Assembly: GCA_052327205.1 (NCBI GenBank)
Contig: CM126202.1
Coordinates: 201,190,001 to 201,254,000, forward strand
Reading direction: 5' to 3'
Origin: Somniosus microcephalus
Lineage: Eukaryota
Length of the DNA: 64,000 nucleotides
Shown here: one piece after another, positions 46,939 to 60,421 of the stretch
Numbering within the stretch: the stretch's first letter is position 1
Layout of the letters: every line of letters begins with the position of its first letter
The notes under the pieces: generated by a model
Databases searched by the model: none
Seen by the model: only the letters and a program-made list of their open reading frames with translations
What the model was told of the DNA's origin: nothing
Made by a program: the position numbers and the translations under genes

Positions 46939-49900
46939 TGTTATATCTCAAGAGTTTAATAACCTTACTTGTATAACAATTAAAAAAGGTACACAGGAGG
47001 CAGAGTTCAGTTAACAGCCAACACCTTCAAGAGAATCTTCTCAACTATATACACTCTATTTCTCATAGTGCATTGCACATCACAACTATGATAAGCTATG
47101 TGGGATAATTCAAATACAACATTCAAAATACACAACATCTCCTCCCCTCTTACATTAAATGTACCAATAGAACCATAACATTTTTAAAACATATTATTAA
47201 AACATATTATTCTGTCCCAGATAAAGGGTAAGCCTCTGAACTATAAGTTCAAACGTATAGGGGCCCGCCGCTCTCTGGTAGGATACCGGCGGTCAACCTG
47301 GCTCTCCAGTTCATTGTCTCTCACAGGTGACGTCAACACAGGTGTAGGCGGCTGAGGTGCCTGTATACAGGTCTCCCTTGCTGATGAGATAGGGGCTGAA
47401 GCGGCTGCTTCCTCAGAAGGTGAGCCTCTCGATGTAGAAGGCGGATGACCCACAGCGTCACCCAATGGCAGATAAACTGCTGTTGGTGGTTCAGTGGGTG
47501 TTGCTGCACTTCGTAGAAGCTGATCGGTGTGTCTCTTCCAGACAATGTCCTCGGGTATCTGTACGGTGTAGGATACTGGACCAGTCTGTGCAATGACAGT
47601 AGCAGGGACCCACTTAGGTCCACCACTGTAGTCCCGTGCCAACACATATTCACCTGGACTGAAAGCTCTGTCTTTGGAGCGTTGTTCACGTCGCTTGATC
47701 TGCTTGTCCTGCTGATACTGTACCACGTCTTTCACCTTTGGCGGTTTCAGTAGGTCAAAGTTGGTTCGTAACTCTCTTTTGAGCAGTAGAGTGGCAGGTG
47801 ATGCTTTTGTGGTCGCATGTGGTGTGTTCCTGTAACTCAACAGGAAACTATTCAGGCACTGATGAAGCGTTCCCTGGCCTTGCGATGCCTTTAGAGAGTG
47901 TTTCATGGTCTGAACAAACCTCTCAGCTAGACCATTGGTCGTAGGATGGTATGGTGCAGCCCTGATATATTGTACGCCATTCACCTGCAGGAAGGTAGCC
48001 ATTTCTTGTGACACCCACTGTGGACCGTTGTCTGAGACAAGTTGTATCGGAGATCCAAATCAGATGAACACCTCACCTAACTTCTCGATGGTCTTCTCAG
48101 CAGTGGTGGACCTCATTATAACAACCTCTGGCCACTTACTGTGTGCGTCAACAGCCACCAGGAACATTCTCTCCTTGAATGGACCTGCAAAGTCTACATG
48201 AATGCGGTGCCATGCTTCCTCCGGAAAGTCCCAGGGGTGAAGAGGTGCAAGCTGTGGCACATTACGAACTCTCTGACATGAGGAACAGGTTTTAGCTTTG
48301 TCCTCAATCTGTCCATCCATACCCGGCCACCAGAAGTAGCTCCTCGCTATTTCTTTCATACAAACCATTCCGCAATGTCCGGAGTGTAGCTGCTGTAACA
48401 CTGGTTTCCGTAGCGATGGTGGAATAACCACTCTCCTCCCCCACAGCAAACATCCAGACTGCACCGACAGTTCGTTTCTCCTTAAGAGATATGGTTTCAG
48501 GTTTGGGTCATCGCTGTCAAGCTTGCCCCTGACGATAATGTCCAGCACTGCAGACAACACTGGGTCATTTCTGGTGTTTCGTCGGACCTGTGTCAAAGTA
48601 ACAGGCGTGTTCTCCACCTGCCTAAAATAGCAGATGTGCATGCTACGCGTCACAGGCTTGGTGACAGGCAGCGGCAACCTGGAAAGACCGTCGGCATTGC
48701 CGTGCAGGTCAGACTTGCGATATCTAATGTCAAATGTGTGTGCAGACAACAGCAGCGCCCACCTTTGCATTCTGCTCGCAGCAAGTGACGGAATCCCTGT
48801 ATGTGGCCCGAAGATGGTCGTGAGAGGGTGGTGATCTGTTAGTAGGGTGAACTGTCTCCCGTACAAATATTGGTGAAACTTACGAACGCCAAAAACGATG
48901 CTCAATGCTTCTCGTTCTATTTGGGCGTAGTTAGTTTCAGTTCTGTTCAAAGTCCTAGATGCGAATGCTATCGGCTTCTCTTCCCCGTTTGGCATGATAT
49001 GAGAAACGACCGCTCCCACACCATATGATGATGCATCGCAAGCTAACTGTATTGGTAATGAAGGGTTAAAATACGTCAAAGCCTCTGACTTCAGAAGCGT
49101 GTCCTTTGCTGTCATGAACGCCTCCTGGCACTTGTTAGTCCATTCCCACTTCTTGTCTTTACATAGCAACCAATGCAGCGGCCTCAGCATCGAGGCTAGG
49201 TTCGGTATGAACCGTCCATAGTAGTTCAGTAACCCTACAAAAGAACACAGCTGGCTGATATTTTCAGGTGCTGGGGCATCCACAATTGCCTTGGTCTTGG
49301 ACGGTGCCTTGTGAAGGCCTGTGGCATTGATCACATGACCGAGGTACTCAACTGATGCCTGAAAAAAATCGCATTTATCCCTGCGAACTCTGAGTCCGTA
49401 ATCCCTCAGGCTCTGTAGCGTTGCGTCCAAGTTACGCAGATGGTGTTGGTCATCACACCCAGTAACTAAGATATCATCTAAGTAGCACTGGACTCCAGGC
49501 AATCCACTAAGGATCTGGTCCATAGCACATTGGAAAAGCGCTGGAGCTGATGTAATTCCGAAAGGAAGTCGACGATATCTAAATAGGCCCTTGTGCGTCA
49601 CAATAGTCAGCATTTCTCGTGAATGTTCATTCACATGCATTTGCAGGTAGGCTTGACAGAGGTCCATTGTGCTAAACTTCTGGCCCCCAGCAAGTCCTGC
49701 AAACAAATCATCAATATGGGGAAGCAAATATTGCTCCACTGACAATACAGGGTTAACAGTTACTTTAAAATCTCCACATATCCTAACTCCACCCCCTTGC
49801 TTAAGCACTGGTACGATGGGCGCTGCCCATTCACTCACGCTGACTGCTTCTAGTACTCCGCTTTCAACTAGGGCTTCTAAGTCAGCCTCGACTTTTGGTC

Positions 49901-51748
49901 TGATGGCATAAGGTACGGGTCGTGCCTTCATGAGCTTGGGTTTGCTATCCTGCTTAATACGAAGCTTCACAGTAATATCTTTCATGCTACCCAGTTCTCC
50001 ATTAAAGACTTCTGCATGTTTCTTTAAGATGGCGGGTAAGCCTGGATCATTGTGTGACATCATGTAGACTGATAACCATTCTAATTTTATTCTCTCCATC
50101 CACGAACATCCCAGCAGGGAGGGGTAGTCTCCTTTAACTACGTAGAGTGGTAACTTCCTAGTTTGACCATTCAACTGAACTGTGACCTCAGTGATACCTC
50201 TCACGGTTACTCTTTCACCGGTATATGTCTTTAACGCTATGTTAGCTGGCTAAAGTGGAAGGTGCTTTAATGTCTTTTTGTAGACTGTCTCTGACATAAG
50301 AGATACTGCTGCCCCGGTATCGATCTGCATTTGCACAGGCTGCCCCTCTAGCAAGGGTGAGACCCAGTAGCCATGCGAATCCCCAGCTACAGTCAGCACG
50401 TTCAGTAATAGTTCCTCCTCTGAAGTGTCACTTGCCTCTGTTTTGTCCTGTTCTACAGAGCGGACATACTTCTTTGTCTTTTGTTTGAATGTTTTTTTTC
50501 TCCCTTCCGTCTTTGACGTTTTCTCTGTGTCCTTTTTATTTCTGCATGCGCGCTGAATATGTCCCTTTTTACCACAGCTGTGGCAATCCATGTCCACACA
50601 CCAGCATGCAGACGCAAGATGCCCCATTTTGCCACAACGGAAGCATGGCCCTTGGCTCTCTGTTCTTACTTTGTGCACTTTTTCTGTTGCACCCAACTGT
50701 TGAGCTTCCTTAGCTGCCAATTCCATGGAAATACTGATTTCAATGGCCTTTTGTAGAGTCAGATTACTCTCCGTTAATAGTCTCTTCTGTATGGCTTCAG
50801 TTCTCATACCACACACTAGCCTGTCTCTTATAGTATCATTTAACACATCATTAAACTCAGTGTTCTGATAGTCTTTTTAGTGCAGCTACAAACATGGTCA
50901 CTGTTTCTCCTTCTTCTTGGTTACGCCTGTGGAACCTAAACCTCTCAGCTGTGACTAGGGGTTTAGGTGAAAAATGCCCTTTTAGTATCTCCACAATTTC
51001 GCTATATTGTTTAGTCCCTGGTTTATCTGGATGCACTAAAGTACGCAAAAGATTGAAAGTCTTTGGTCCCATCACACTTAACAATGTAAGTACTACTTTA
51101 TTCCCTCCAATGTCATTTGCTTGTGTGAAGTATTCAAATCGTTCTGTGTATGAGCTCCATTGTTCGACATTCTCATCAAACGGTCCAATGTTACTGATAA
51201 TTCCAGCCATTTTCCTTCTCTCAGGCTCCTAATTATCATTCACTAAGGATCCTTCCAATGTTGAACTCAACTAAAATCACTATCAGTTATTTAGTGCTTC
51301 AATTCACAGATCGTTTCACAGTTGAATAAATGTCCTTCCCGATTTACTCACTGCTTTTCCTCCCCCTCCTCAAGTCGTTAGTACCTTATACGCCGTCTCG
51401 TCTTCCCGCCATTTTAAGCTCCTTTATCCTCGAGCCAGCCTCACTTTAATTAACTGTCCACGGCAAAAATAAAAGTTTTAAACACGTAAAACCTGACTAT
51501 CTTCCGCACAGCAGAGCCACGTACGTTCAGACGTCCTCGTCGCCACTTTTGTTATATCTCAAGAGTTTAATAACCTTACTTGTATAACAATTAAAAAAGG
51601 CACACAGGAGGCAGAGTTCAGTTAACAGCCAACACCTTCAAGAGAATCTTCTCAACTATATACACTCTATTTCCCATAGTGCATTGCACATCACAACTAC
51701 GGTAAGCTATGTGGGATAATTCAAATACAACATTCAAAATACACAAAA
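46939..51748 (-). mobile_element. Full-length Ty3/Gypsy (Mag-like) LTR retrotransposon
   Basis: 199-bp LTRs at 46939-47137 and 51550-51748. TSD CTTAG. PBS TGGCGACGAGGA. PPT AGAGGGGAGGAGA. Confidence 0.97.
47241..51210 (-). pseudogene. Gypsy gag-pol broken into four ORFs
   Basis: Gag with two CCHC knuckles, protease IDTGA, RT YLDD, RNase H LACDAS..EREAL and integrase HVDFAGP..NGLAER. Confidence 0.95.
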
Positions 51749-52131
51749 CTTAGCACCAGATGATAAGGTTGGTTTTGGAGGAAGAATGACAGCTACATTG
51801 CTTCTGCCCACTTCTGGTGGGTCCAGCAGTGACCTCCATTTTGGGCAGGTGATGAGGCAGATCATGACATCAATCAATGTGCAATGCTGATTTGACGCAC
51901 GACCTGACATTTTCGACATCGCCGCTCCATTCAAAGCCCTCTCTAAATCACGAACAGCTGAACATGTGATCAGCAGCAGGAAGGATGCCCCACCAGCACT
52001 ATTTAAAGGGATCAGCAACAAAGCTTTCTACAGTTATTTAAAGTTGCTGAGGAGACAGGGAGTGTTGCTAAAAGTGGAGAATGCCTTGCTTCTCATTTAA
52101 AGGGTTCTACTCACACCACTTGCTCCCAGTC

Positions 52132-54311
52132 ATGGGGGCTCTACTTACAGTCCCCTGTGCGGTCAAGTATGAGAGGGAGATGGAGCGGAGGCAGCGAAGA
52201 AGAACATAAGAATTAGGAGCAGGAGTAGTCCATACAGCCCCTCGAGCCTGCTCCACCATTCAATAAGATCATGGCTGATCTTCTACATCAACTCCGCTTT
52301 CTTGCATGATCCCGATATCCCTTGATTCCCCTCGAGTCCAAAAATCTATCTATCTCAGCCGTGAATATATTCAACGATTCAGCATCCACAGTCCTTTGGG
52401 GTAGAGAATTCCAAAGATTCGCAACCCTCTGAGTGAAGAAATTCCTCGTCATCTCAGTCTTAAATGGCCGACCCCTTATCCTGAGACTATGCCCCCTAGT
52501 TCTAGACTCTCCAGCCAAGGGAAACAACCTCTCAGCGTCTACCCTGTCAATCCTCCTCAGAATCGTAGATGTTTCAATGAGATCACCTCTCATTCTTCTA
52601 AACTCCAGAGAGTATAGGCCCAATCTACTCAATCTCTCCTCATAGGACAACCTTCCCATCCCAGGAATCAATCTAGTGAACCTTCGTTGCACTGCCTCTA
52701 AGGTATGTATGTCCTTCCTCAGATAAGGAGACCAAAACTGTGCGCAGTACTCCAGGAGTGGTCTCACCAAAACCCTGTACAATTGTAGTAAGACTTCCTT
52801 ACTCTTGTACTCCAACCCCCAGCAATAAAGGCCAACATTTCATTTGCCTTCCTAATTGCTTGTTGTACCTGCATGCTAACTCTGTGTTTCCTGTACGAGG
52901 ACACTTATATCTCTCTGAACACCAATATTTAATAGTTTCTCACCATTTAAAAAATATTCTGTTTTCCTATTCTTCCTACCAAAGTGAATAATCTCACATG
53001 TCCCCAGTTTATACTCCATCTGCCACCTTATTACCCACTCACTTAACCGGTCTATATCCTTTTGCAAGCTATGTGTCCTCCTCTCAGCTTACTTTCCCAC
53101 CTAGCTTTGTATTGTCAGCTTCATCTAATTCATTAATATAAATTTTAAATAGCTGAGGCCCCAACACTGATCCTAGTTACAGCCTGCACCCCACTAGGCT
53201 GCCAACCAGAAAAAGATGACAAGCTGCTCGCAGAGGGAGAAGGAGGAGGGGGAGGGGCAGGAGGGCTCTCAGCAAGAGGCATTACCCACTTAGGGTCTTC
53301 CGAGAGCACTTCTCCTACCTGCACCTAAACCAGGAGCAGTGTATTCGGAGGTTCCGTTTTACCAAGGAGGTGCTCACAGAACTCTGCCACCCCCTGGAAC
53401 CAGACCTGCAGCATCAGAGCAGGGCAATGACGGGGCTGCCAGTGGCTCTCATGGTCATTGTGGCCCTCAATGTTTTGCCACTGGATCCTTCCAGTCTGGA
53501 GTAGGCGGCATAACTAACATCTTTCAGTTCGCCGTCCATCGTTGCCTCCAGGAGGTCACAGAGGCTCTGTACTCCAGGAGAAGGGACTTCATTGTCTTCT
53601 CTCTGAACAGAGTGAAGCAGGAGGAGCATACATATGGCTTTGCCAGGATATCAGGCTTCCCCATTGTGCAGGGCGTCATCAACAGCACACACGTGGCTTT
53701 GCGGGCACCACATACCAATCCTGAGATGTACCGCAACCGCAAAGGCTACTACTCACTGAACGTGCAGTTGGTGTGCTACCATGCCCAGCACATCATGATA
53801 GCGAATGCCCAGTATCCTGGCAACAGTTATGATGGCAGTCCAGTGAGCAAATCTTCCAGCCACTGTGTCAAACCCGAGTGTAGCTGCTTGGAGTCAAGGG
53901 CTATCCGCTCTAAACCTGGCTGAAGACTCCACTCTGCAACTCCACCACTTGTGGTAAGAACTCATATAATAAGAACCATGCTGCCACAAGGAATCTCATT
54001 GAGAAGGCTGTTGGGGTTCTGAAGCAACGGTTCCGCTGCCTTGACTGCTCGGGAGGAGCCCTCCAGGACACGCCAGAGCAGATGTTCCATTTTGTGGTGG
54101 TCTGCTGCATCCTCCACAATTTGTCCATCATGAGGGTGCAGCCCTTGCCATTACAGGTTCTAGGACCACATCAGGAGGAGGAGGAGGAGGAGGAGGAAGA
54201 GTAGGAGAAGGAGGACAAGGGGGAGGAGGAGGAGGAAGGGAGGAGGCAAGCAGCAGATCCCTGTTCCGGATGGGCTGTCCGTGAGTGCCACATCAGAATC
54301 TGATTCCCCTG
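52132..54311 (+). pseudogene. Harbinger DDE transposase (HARBI1-like), disrupted
   Basis: GFP.VQGVINSTHV (canonical IDxTH, here D>N), YRNRKGYYSLNVQLVC, IEKAVGVLKQRFRCL and CCILHN. Contains a CR1 insertion and frameshifts. Confidence 0.9.
52201..53212 (-). mobile_element. CR1 3' fragment inserted in the Harbinger transposase
   Basis: AGAACATAAG tail and ORF 52288-52815. Apparent AAGA duplication at 52197 and 53213. Confidence 0.9.
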
Positions 54312-54553
54312 AATGAAACCCCAGATCCCCGTTGCACACCACTTCCCCACCTTACCATCCCTCTGACACAGAACATCATAGCATCCTCTTGGGCAGAATG
54401 CTGAAATGAGAGCCACCACAAAATAAACATTACAAACATTTATTTATAAATGAATCAATGCAAAACTACACAAGGTCAACTAATCACTGTTGTGCATTCC
54501 CTTAGTGTCTGTCTTTTGTGTTCCTTTGTCTACTCTAGTGCTCCTACGCAGTG

Positions 54554-55840
54554 CTACCCCAGTGGCTGCAGCATGGCTGGTGGAAATGTGCTGACTTTCA
54601 GTGGGCGAGACTGCAGATGGCCTTGTAGGATGACCTCAAGCAGCTCTGGACCTAGAAGGCCCGGCTGTAAACTGCACCACCTCGGCATGGTTGGCAGCAG
54701 TCTGGGCTGGCTGGCTGATGGGCAGCAGCAAGGGCACTGCCAGAGTGGCAAGGGTGGGAGTAGAAATGCTGTCATCCTGAGAGAGCACAGCAGGTTCTTG
54801 CTTCACGGAGCCACTGCCACTCCCCCAGTGTGGCGCCTCAGCATTCCTAGCCAAATGTTGGAGCACAGATTGCTGGACTGCTAAAAGACCCTGCAAGCCC
54901 CTTTCCACACTTGTAAACCCAGCCACGATGGCCTGTCTGAGCTTGTGTGGCAGTAAGTTGAACCTGCATGAGAGCAGTCTGAGTTTCCACTTTAGCACAA
55001 ACGTTGGGTCGCTTCTGCTTGTGCTGTAATAGAAGCTGCAACATCACCCATCACACTCATGGTTGGGTCCAAAAGAGTCCTGATGGAGTTGCTTATCATT
55101 TACATCCTGGAAATCATGGCATTTTCTGAGCTGGTGCCTGGTAGTGTCAGTTCAAATAATGGTGCCTCTTCTTCACTGTCCTCCTCCACAACGTTGGGGA
55201 TAGGCTGTGTTGGTGGCAGTTCTTGGGTATCTGAAAGGAGAAAGGCACAAGGGTCAGATTGTGGTGAGGGGAGAGGGGGAAAGAAAGATGTGCATGCTTA
55301 CACCATCAGCAGCTTGTAAGTGAGAAGAGATTGTGGGATGAGGGGGAAGTGGGATGTGAGAAGAAGCATTAGTAAGAGCATACCGTCATCATCAGCAATG
55401 CTTTCAACCTCGCCGCTCGGAACGGCCTTAGTGATGGCCCCTCCAATGATCTCTAGCACTGTGTCCTCCAGCTCAGTCAGGTTCTGAACTTGGGCTTCCC
55501 CTCCGCCCATCTGCTCTGCTCACAGCGGTTGTGTGCCACCTTTGCCTGCAAGAGAAAGGGAAGTATGTCAGTCAGTGTGTGCAATGTGTTTGGGTTATAT
55601 GCCTGCCATTGTTGAATAGTTGGCAGTGTGTGCAAGGTGTGAGATGTGGGTGTGAGTCTTGCAGCAGTGGTATGTGTGTGAGGGTGAGGTGAAGCTATGA
55701 TTGTGAGGTATGAGTCGTGATATCTAGAGATTGTTAGTAGGTGAGTGATGGGGGTGTGGTGCTTTGAGCAGTGTGTGAGGCTAGTGATGCAGATGGTCGG
55801 ATATGGCATTTGAAGATGCATTCACTCACCTTGACGACTA
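54554..55840 (-). pseudogene. Harbinger accessory (Myb/SANT-type) gene remnant with introns
   Basis: Donor AAG|GTGAGT at about 55829, acceptor TCTCTTGCAG at about 55546, exon AKVAHNR..GG....LTELEDTVLEIIG, donor GTATG at about 55383 and acceptor CCTTTCAG at about 55231. Confidence 0.6.
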
Positions 55841-58398
55841 TCACCGTTATTCTACATTTTGCACTTCATGACTATCGACAATCGCAAAATTTCTTGACAA
55901 ATCCTTTGGTGACACAAAAGCAGTCAACAAAACATCCACTACATTAAACAGGCTGGAAGATTGTTTTCTTGTTATTCATCCCAAAGGGTTAATACAGGCA
56001 AAAAAGAAAACCAATCTTAACAACTTCATGTAAATAGAGCCATTGTTTGAGTCTAAAATTCAACACAATTCACTAAAATGCTGTGGATTTGCAAGATGTC
56101 TGTTAAAACCAGACAAGGATTGGAGGTATTACTATGTAATCATTATGGATTTTATTTTTTTTAAACAATTTTTAGTTTTGTTTTACCTCCCTTTTTGTGT
56201 TCCTTGTATCATGCACCAATTCCAGACTAAGAGGGCAGACAGGCGACCTGCTCCCATACTCGGTTCCATTCTCGAACTGGATAATAGTAGGTATGTGAGA
56301 GTGGCACAGGCTGGCTCGCCCGCTAAGGTTCCCCATCGTCCTCCCATGGGGAAGTGCCTTGCATCTGCTCAACACCTCCTGCAAACAGCCCGACTTAAAT
56401 GGCGAGCTTGCCGTGTGGGGAATTAGAGGATGTGAATTAAATTTGTTAACATTTTAATGAGTTGACTGAATGTTAATGAAAAAAATACTAAAATTAAATT
56501 CTGGGTTTCTCCATAAAATTGTTTCTTAAAGAGTGAAATAAATGTATGTTATTTGAAGTTGTCAATCTTTATAGGTCTGACTGCAGCAAACAGTAGGGTA
56601 CTACAACTAAAGGAAAACGAAACAGTTAAATTGTTCTGCCTTTGTTTACAGAGGACACTTAGATTTCTTTCCCATTTTGCAGCATATGCTTTCTTCCAGT
56701 CTTCAACCTGTACTTTATCATAGGTAAAAATGCCTATTAGGCCAGTCTCTACTCAGAGCTTGCCTCAATGCACCTCATTGTTAGGATGTAACCAGATGCT
56801 AAACTAAAATGCTTGATCTTTTTTCAGGAGAAAGCTTTCTCTGCACAAAGATAAGGTTGGGTCAGGGCAGAGATTGGTCCTTCCCTTTAGGAGGAAAAAT
56901 CATAGTAAAAGTACCTGATGCAGGGATATCTTAATTCACACATGGCTATGTCCAAATCTGGTTTCAGGTTTAACATCTTCAATTTAACACTGGACCATCT
57001 GAAATTCTATGCCAGGCAGTGCTGACAAGTAAAATCCCTAATTGCTTGTATGAATTTGCGTGAGGCTAATTGTACGATTCAGTTAAACTTTATTTCCAGA
57101 CACAAGCCTCTTGGCTAGTGCTGCTGAAATTGCTATAATATACTGGTACAAGCTTCATGAGCATTGTTCATAAGTTTAAATCTGTTGTAAATTAACTTTA
57201 CTACAGTTAATGCAATTTATACAAATCAAGAGGAAACTGGAAAATCCATCATTTAGTCTAGTTTGGAGAGAAATTGGACATTAAATGATATTGATGACAG
57301 GGTGAATAGTAGTAGCTTTATTGCAAGCAGTGTTGTTAGGACACAATGGCGGTTCTGTTGCATTTTTATAATGGTGACAATGTCTAGTCTCTTTGCAGAT
57401 AGTTGCAACACAGTACGGCTTTTATGTACTTCTAGTTTTGTGCAAAAACAGGGGACATTCATTGTGCTAGACAACATTTATAGGCACATCACAAAAAATG
57501 TTCCAGTTTTGTTTTGCATAGTCAGCATGATCCTTTGAGCATATTTCGATTGTTAGAAACAGAAACTTAAACAGTTTCCTGATTCTGTGTAAATAATTGC
57601 TTTTTTGTACTCATTCATAATGTTTTCATTGGTGCAATGGGGAAACAAAATATCAAGCAGCGCTTTGTGCAGTTATCACATTTCTATAAAAAGACAATGA
57701 GCGAGTAATTGAAATAAATACCAGCGGCTTTTTTTCTGCCTCTGGAGTTTTCAAATGTTGGAGGCAGTGGAACAGGTTTCAATTATTGGAAGAAAGATCC
57801 CATCCATTTTTGACATATAATTCAGGGTTAAATTATAATTGCATCCCACTACCCTGGTCTCACTAAGTATAGTTCTTTTTAGAAAGCTTTCCTCTTTTAG
57901 TAATGAATTTTCTGGATCTGGATATATAATCAATATATATTGAAGATATATACTCATAGTGCGGGTCACCAGAAACGCTGGTTTAACACAACACTCGACT
58001 AACATATGAAAGCAGCAAATCAAAAGTTGCTGATAAGTAACATAGTATAGCTCAAGTATTTCCACTTGCACGTTGTCAGTGGAATTTTTTATTTTAAGAT
58101 TATGAAGCTATTGTTTTATTTTGCAAGAGCAATATGTGTTACCTGAAGAACACAATCATTGTGCATGTAACCCTTGAATATTGAGTGCCTGTGTAGCATT
58201 CAAGATAACATTCATTTTAATTAGATAACACCTTGGGAAATCATTTTGTGGATATGTCCAGTTTTAAATATTATAAAGATGTCATACAAATATGAAAATT
58301 AAATTTGGGTGCCAAAGTGTTTTGGAGGATCAACCCATTGCACCATTGCAGCAATTGAACGTAAATGTGTGGCCACAATACCCTGTACTCTGACGATA

Positions 58399-58912
58399 GC
58401 AAAATACTGCAGATGCTGGAAATCCGAAATAACAACAGAAAATGCTGGAAAAACTCAGCAGGTCAGGCAACATCCATGGAGAGAAATTTGAGTTGACGTT
58501 TCGGGTCGAAACCCTTCTTCAAAACTGGAAAGAAAAGAAAATAGATCGAAGGCAAGGCTGCGATCGAACAAAAGAGACAATAAAAGGTATTCGAAGCCAG
58601 ACGAGATGGTAATAGGCCCATGGAGACAAAAGGCAGCTGAGATTAGGTGTGAAGTGTACTGGCAGGTAAGAGACAGCTGCCAGGTGGGAGAGAGAAACAA
58701 AAGGAAAGGAGGGGGGGGGGGGGGGAAAGGAGGACCCAAAACAAAGGGGTGGAAAAAATTATAAGTAAAAAAGTAATAGGGGCCGAGGTTATGATCTGAA
58801 ATTGTTGAACTCGATATTGAGTCCGGAAGGCTGCAAAGTGCCTAGTCGGAAGATGAGTTGCTGTTCCTCGAGTTTACGTTGAGCTTCTGTGGAACAATAC
58901 AAGAGGCCAAGG
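58399..58912 (-). mobile_element. Penelope-like retroelement 3' fragment
   Basis: Minus strand encodes AQRKLEEQQLIFRLGTLQPSGLNIEF (GIY-YIG C-terminus), followed by a UTR with a hammerhead-like motif. Confidence 0.85.
58491..58528 (-). ncRNA. Minimal type-I hammerhead ribozyme motif (C3U variant)
   Basis: AGTT-TTGAAGA-A-GGGT-TTCG-ACCC-GAAAC-GTC-AACT. Confidence 0.6.
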
Positions 58913-59426
58913 TCCTGATCTCAGCAATGCTGCTTCAGAGTGATGACCATGTATCTCCACACGGCAAGGAAAGGAAAATCATTCAGTCATCCCAGACTTC
59001 TCCAGTTACCTCCCACTAGTTGTTTTTATACAGATTTGGCAGTAATCTAGGAGGAGGTTGTCCAACCAGCTCTTCAGCCATTGACAGACTTGACAAGAAG
59101 GAATTGGGAAAAATACGGAGTCTCATGGTCAAAAAAATACCTTTAAAATCAGTAAAAACAGAAATGCTGGAAGTGCACAGCAGATCCATTGGCATCTGTG
59201 AAGAGAAATATTGGTTAATGTATGAGGGCAGACGCTTTGACGGAACTGGAAACTGGGAGGTAAAGGAACCCCTTAATAGGGCAGAAGAGGTTTTCTTCAG
59301 CCTTCAAAAAGGGTTTCCTTATCTCCCAGTTTCCTGTTCTAACAAAGCATCTACATCTCAGACATTAAACGTTTGTATTTTCAATTACTAAGGGAACTCC
59401 TAATTCCAGCAATTTTTACTTTGTAG

Positions 59427-59578
59427 GGCCAATTTTCTGAGTTTGCGCTGCTGCTGGGAAGCCTTGCCTGCCAGCTAGATATATTGGCAAATCACTACTC
59501 ATTATGGGCAGAAATTCTCAGGCAGTATGCCTGTGATTACCCAAAATATATGGCTGGTGCAAACTCAGAAAATCAGTT
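59427..59578. mobile_element. Short palindromic MITE
   Basis: Inverted ends ATTTTCTGAGTTTGC / GCAAACTCAGAAAAT. Confidence 0.5.
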
Positions 59579-60421
59579 CTTTTATCTCTACTTTTAAAAA
59601 TTGCAGGACAAGCTTTAACGTGCAATGCTGTCTAAATAAGCAACAAGTAATATGTGTATTTGGTCAACAGACGTAATACAGAGTTTTTTGGCAAAGGCAC
59701 AATAATTATCACAATGTGCCTATCTGATATCTGACAACAGGAGATCCTATTGATCCCTCATGCTGCAGTTATACTGCACTACCTGTAGCTACGGAGTGCA
59801 ATTCACAGCCAGCAATGCCCTAGTTGTACTGTGGGCTGCAAATCACACACTGCCCACCAAGAGAGAACTTTATGCATACCAGCTTGCATGAATACACAGA
59901 GCTGCCCTCTCAGCTGTAAAGTTTGTTAAGTTTTGTGATTACAGATGGAAGCATTCATTTTCTCAAAACATTACAAAAGAGTTTGCTTATGTTTATAAAG
60001 TGCCCAGAAATCCAAGAGATTACCTGAGCACTTTTATATACATGGTTTGACACTACACTGCAGTTATACTCGAGTTATACGCTACACCATGTCAAGTTCA
60101 AGCAGTATGAGTTATCATCCTCTGAGTCTGAATGGACCTAACTGAATTTTGACAATGCAAAAGTGACAGCATAACTACACCCTTAAGTCAATCATATTGC
60201 AGATTTTTTTAAAAAAACATTGGAATTATGAGATGTGATATTAGCACACAAACATTTAAAACATTCATCAGAAATGTTTCTTCCATTTTAGTAGAGGCAT
60301 TAAAAAACCTGTTTAAAATAAATGTTTTAACACTTCCAATGAAAATGGGAAGAGAGGAATTTCAGTTGAATGTGTTAAACATTTGAATGTTAGTATCCCA
60401 CAGTGTAATTTCAGGGCCATT

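Larger units (their letters stand above)
46916..55840 (+). mobile_element. PIF/Harbinger transposon, formerly autonomous, interrupted by Gypsy and CR1, right end missing
   Basis: Terminus GGCCGTGAAATT at 46916, resuming at 51749. HARBI1-type transposase on + and a convergent intron-containing ORF on -. Confidence 0.75.

Noticed and set aside
53339-53923. Domesticated host HARBI1 gene
   Set aside because: The catalytic D is replaced by N, there are frameshifts and a CR1 insertion, and the context is a transposon.
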